Positions 60,965 to 64,000 of a stretch of DNA of 64,000 nt are shown piece after piece; the first letter of the stretch is position 1; every line of letters starts with the position of its first letter. Made by a program: the position numbers and the translations under genes. The stretch spans positions 1,736,001 to 1,800,000 of the forward strand of contig JAYWIR010000033.1 of the NCBI GenBank assembly GCA_036172245.1, written 5' to 3'. The notes beneath the pieces were generated by a model, which did not search any database, had not been told where the DNA came from, and saw nothing but the letters and a program-made list of their open reading frames with translations. This DNA is from Raillietiella orientalis (Eukaryota).

Positions 60965-63900
60965 ACCGGCGGGCCGGTTTTAAGTGGATCACACTGTAAA
61001 GGGAGAGGAGCAGTGCACCTCTTCAAAGGGGCTAAGAGGTGGGACATGGAAAGATTGTTCCTCTTTCTGGAGCACCTTACTAAAGGGAAAGGAGCCTTTT
61101 ACTCAGACTACAAGATTTTCCTCTCCCCATTCGCATTTCCTCAGCACGTCCGGTGGGAAGCGCATCGCGCTCATGATGAGGAGGAGCAGGAATGGAGCAA
61201 TGGAAGGAGGATGATAAGGAGAATGAAGTTGGTGGAGCAAAGGAGGAACACTCAGTGTAGAAGCAGTGGAGGAAGGGGAAGAAGGAATAATAGAAGAGCA
61301 TTTTCACTTCTGAGTAGAAGGGAACCCGTGATCAGAAAGCCTCTTAAGGTGAAGAGACGTCGAGTAAGCGATGTCGAAAGAGTTCCTGCTTCACCGCTCC
61401 TATGCAATCCTTTGAACACGCCGCCTCTTCTCGAGAGAGTGTGATTCTATGCCGATTTCTTGGCCACAAGAGCACAGAATCCCCCAACAAAGATGGGGAA
61501 ATAAAGAGAGATTAATCTCTATGTTCCATGATTCTAGAGAGAGGACTGTCACCACAGAGGGTCCCTTCTTCTCCAGAATCAGATCTCGAGCAAGTGAGGC
61601 AATGGATGAAGTGGTGGGTTCTCACGGGACGCACAGTGCGGGAAAGAAATCTGCAACTTCCGTATTCAGAGTGTGCTAGTGTCTCTCGGAGCAGGTGACG
61701 GCAGATGACCTTCATCCCTCCCAGACACATTTGGATTTCTGCCGACAAAAGTCCAGAGTCACAGTGGACGCAAACTCGAAGATCCACGAACCACTCCGTC
61801 CTGAAGCAGTCCATGGTTTCTGGAATTTATCCTGCTACTCTGCATCTTCCTGGGCCTCTGTTGCCAACTTCTCTACGTCCTGAAATCTTTTGAGAATGCT
61901 TCTTCCATTGACCTGATGTGTTACTCAAATGGGGCATCTTCTTCGATCTTCGAAGACTTACATACTCCTCGGTTTCAGCCAAGTGTGTGGAAAAAGAGGA
62001 GGGAAGAAGGAGATCAGGAAACGGGAAGGAATGGCTCAATAGAGACAGTCGAGCAGGAGGAAGGAAGGAGGCGGAAACGGGAAGAGGGAAGGGGGGAACG
62101 GAAGAAAAGGACTTGTGCGTCCTTCCGAATTTCCATCAGTCCAGTCTGGTCCGCGTTGAATAGCATCAGGAACATTGTCCTCAACTCCGACTGTATACCA
62201 CTTGCACATCGTAGACGCACGAAGCAACTAGTCCTGGAAATGGATGATGTCCAAGCGTCGAGCTCACCACATCCGGCCGTCGGGACAGAAGCGTTCCTGA
62301 CTCCCGGCGTACCCGCCGTCCTCCGATGGCGGATTCTTCAGGTTCCGACGAGAGAGAGGGTAGAGGGGGTGCTCGCAGAAGGGTTTTGGAACACAAGTTC
62401 TCCTGGGGCAGCCTCCGGAACACATCTTGATGGTAGTGTCTGGTGCTCCAGTGAGATCCTGCAGGTCTGACGTGGGGGATCCTTTGAGCGCGGTCCAGTG
62501 GATCCTGAGTCCTCAGAGATGGTTCGAGATCGTGCATCGGTGCAAGCTCTAATCCGTGTGTGACGAGTGACGCCCTGCTAGAGTCGTGCGCCACGTCCTT
62601 CCATGCATGAAGGAACGCATGTTCCTCCTTCTTCTCTCGTCCGCCTTCCCCGCTCAGCACGCACGTTCTGAAGCTTGCGTGAGTACACGCGGGCGTGCAT
62701 GTGCACGCGACGTGCGCGCCTGCGCGTGCCTGTAGGCGCGCGCGAGCCGGGACGACGCATGAGTTCCTCCGGCGCATGAGCTCCTGGGTGAGAGCGCACT
62801 CATCAGCCTGTGCGTCAAAGCGGCGCTCCACGTGATCCATCCCGCTTAAAAGGGTGTTCCCCAAGTCGCGGGACTCCCGTGGAAGGACCTTGTTGCGCGG
62901 GAAGGTAGGATTTCCCCGTTCGTGGGAGCTCTTTGGGCATTACTTTTTTCAGAAGGTTCCACCTCCATCCGGTCGCCTTCGGGCCACTCGGGGACAAAGC
63001 ACGCCCCCAGGACTAGTTTTTTCTCCCGCTCGGGAGACGAGCAAGGAGGAGAGCGAGGCAAAAAAAATGGAAGGAGGTGGAGGAGGGGCGAGCGAGAAAG
63101 GATGAAGAAACGAGAGAGAGGGAAGATGCAGGATGGCGGCGTCGCGAAGCGAAAGGAAGAATTTATTAATAAAACGGTCCATCCATCATCCTGGGCTGAG
63201 GCATCGCCGGAGAAGCGTCCGCATCGCCATCAGGAGCTGTCAGGTCTCTTCATTCCGACTGACGTCCTCCCGAGAAGAGCGGGTTCGCCGCCCGCCCGGA
63301 AGAGAGGAGGCCGGCGTGGGGACCAGGAACATCAATTATCCCGACGCGTCAACCTGGTTACGTGCGCTCCGCGAAGCGTGAGCGATGCGGAAGGAGGAGA
63401 CGAAACCGAGATGGAAGGAGGAAGGAGGGAGGTAACGCTCTTCCGGATAGCCGCAGCAGGGACGCTTCCGGGAGCACGGGAGATCGGACCATCCAGCAGC
63501 ATCCGTGTTCTCGGTGCCGCCAGAGTCAGAAGCGGCCCTCTTTTTCCCTTCCCTCCCCCTTTTGTTCTCTTTCTTCTGCCATCTTCACCGCCGTCTCGGC
63601 TCCCGTCGACCGTGGGCGCTCCACCGAGACCCACGGTCCAGTCCCGGCTCACCCGAAAGGAGAACTGCGCCACCGTCGCCACAAACCCGCCTCGCGCTCA
63701 ACAAGACGGAGCAAACACGCATGCATGCACAGGAAGGAGACGAACGAATCTCCTTGGTAGCAGGTCGCTTTGGACCGCCATCCCGCGCGCGAGAGCTCTT
63801 CATCCTCCATTTCCCAGGGCGCTCTGCCGCGTTCTTCGGGACGATTCCAGCCGTGCGCCCTGCCCCCATCCGCCGCGCTTTGTCGTCTCTTCCCTGAAAA

Positions 63901-64000
63901 TAGAACGTTTTGTTTCTGGAAACACGAGACAAAGTAAACAGAGCCACGCAGGGAGGCGTCGTGCGCTTCCGGAGACGGAAAGTAAACAGCGCGGGTCCCC

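Overview
This is eukaryotic (metazoan-like; taxon not determinable here) genomic DNA with short GT-AG introns, (CA)n/(GA)n microsatellites and poly-A/T tracts. I recognise no intact gene, and most ORF-track entries are spurious or antisense to decayed coding DNA. The window is mainly a graveyard of non-LTR retrotransposons: L1/Tx1-like fragments, a NeSL/Utopia-like RLE element, an R2-superfamily-like remnant and gag-like ORF1 remnants. These are mixed with stop-interrupted exon-like remnants and AT-rich, enhancer-like spacers. The best-supported structure is a family of six diverged, 5'-truncated LINE 3' ends (copies A, B, C, D, E, J). They share a C-terminal peptide (W-x-H-L-x-E-x3-E-I-T-x-I-x-x-R) and a 3' UTR with three covarying hairpins, and they end in GGGTGGAAA-like sequence with essentially no poly(A). 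Five copies have candidate 12-16 bp target-site duplications (TSDs), mostly beginning AC. Copy B splits a NeSL/Utopia-like ORF whose reading frame is restored when the insertion is removed. There is also a foldback-like structure: two inverted arrays of one 11-bp repeat around a 1.1 kb core. All homology calls come from motif recognition by eye, not from database searches.
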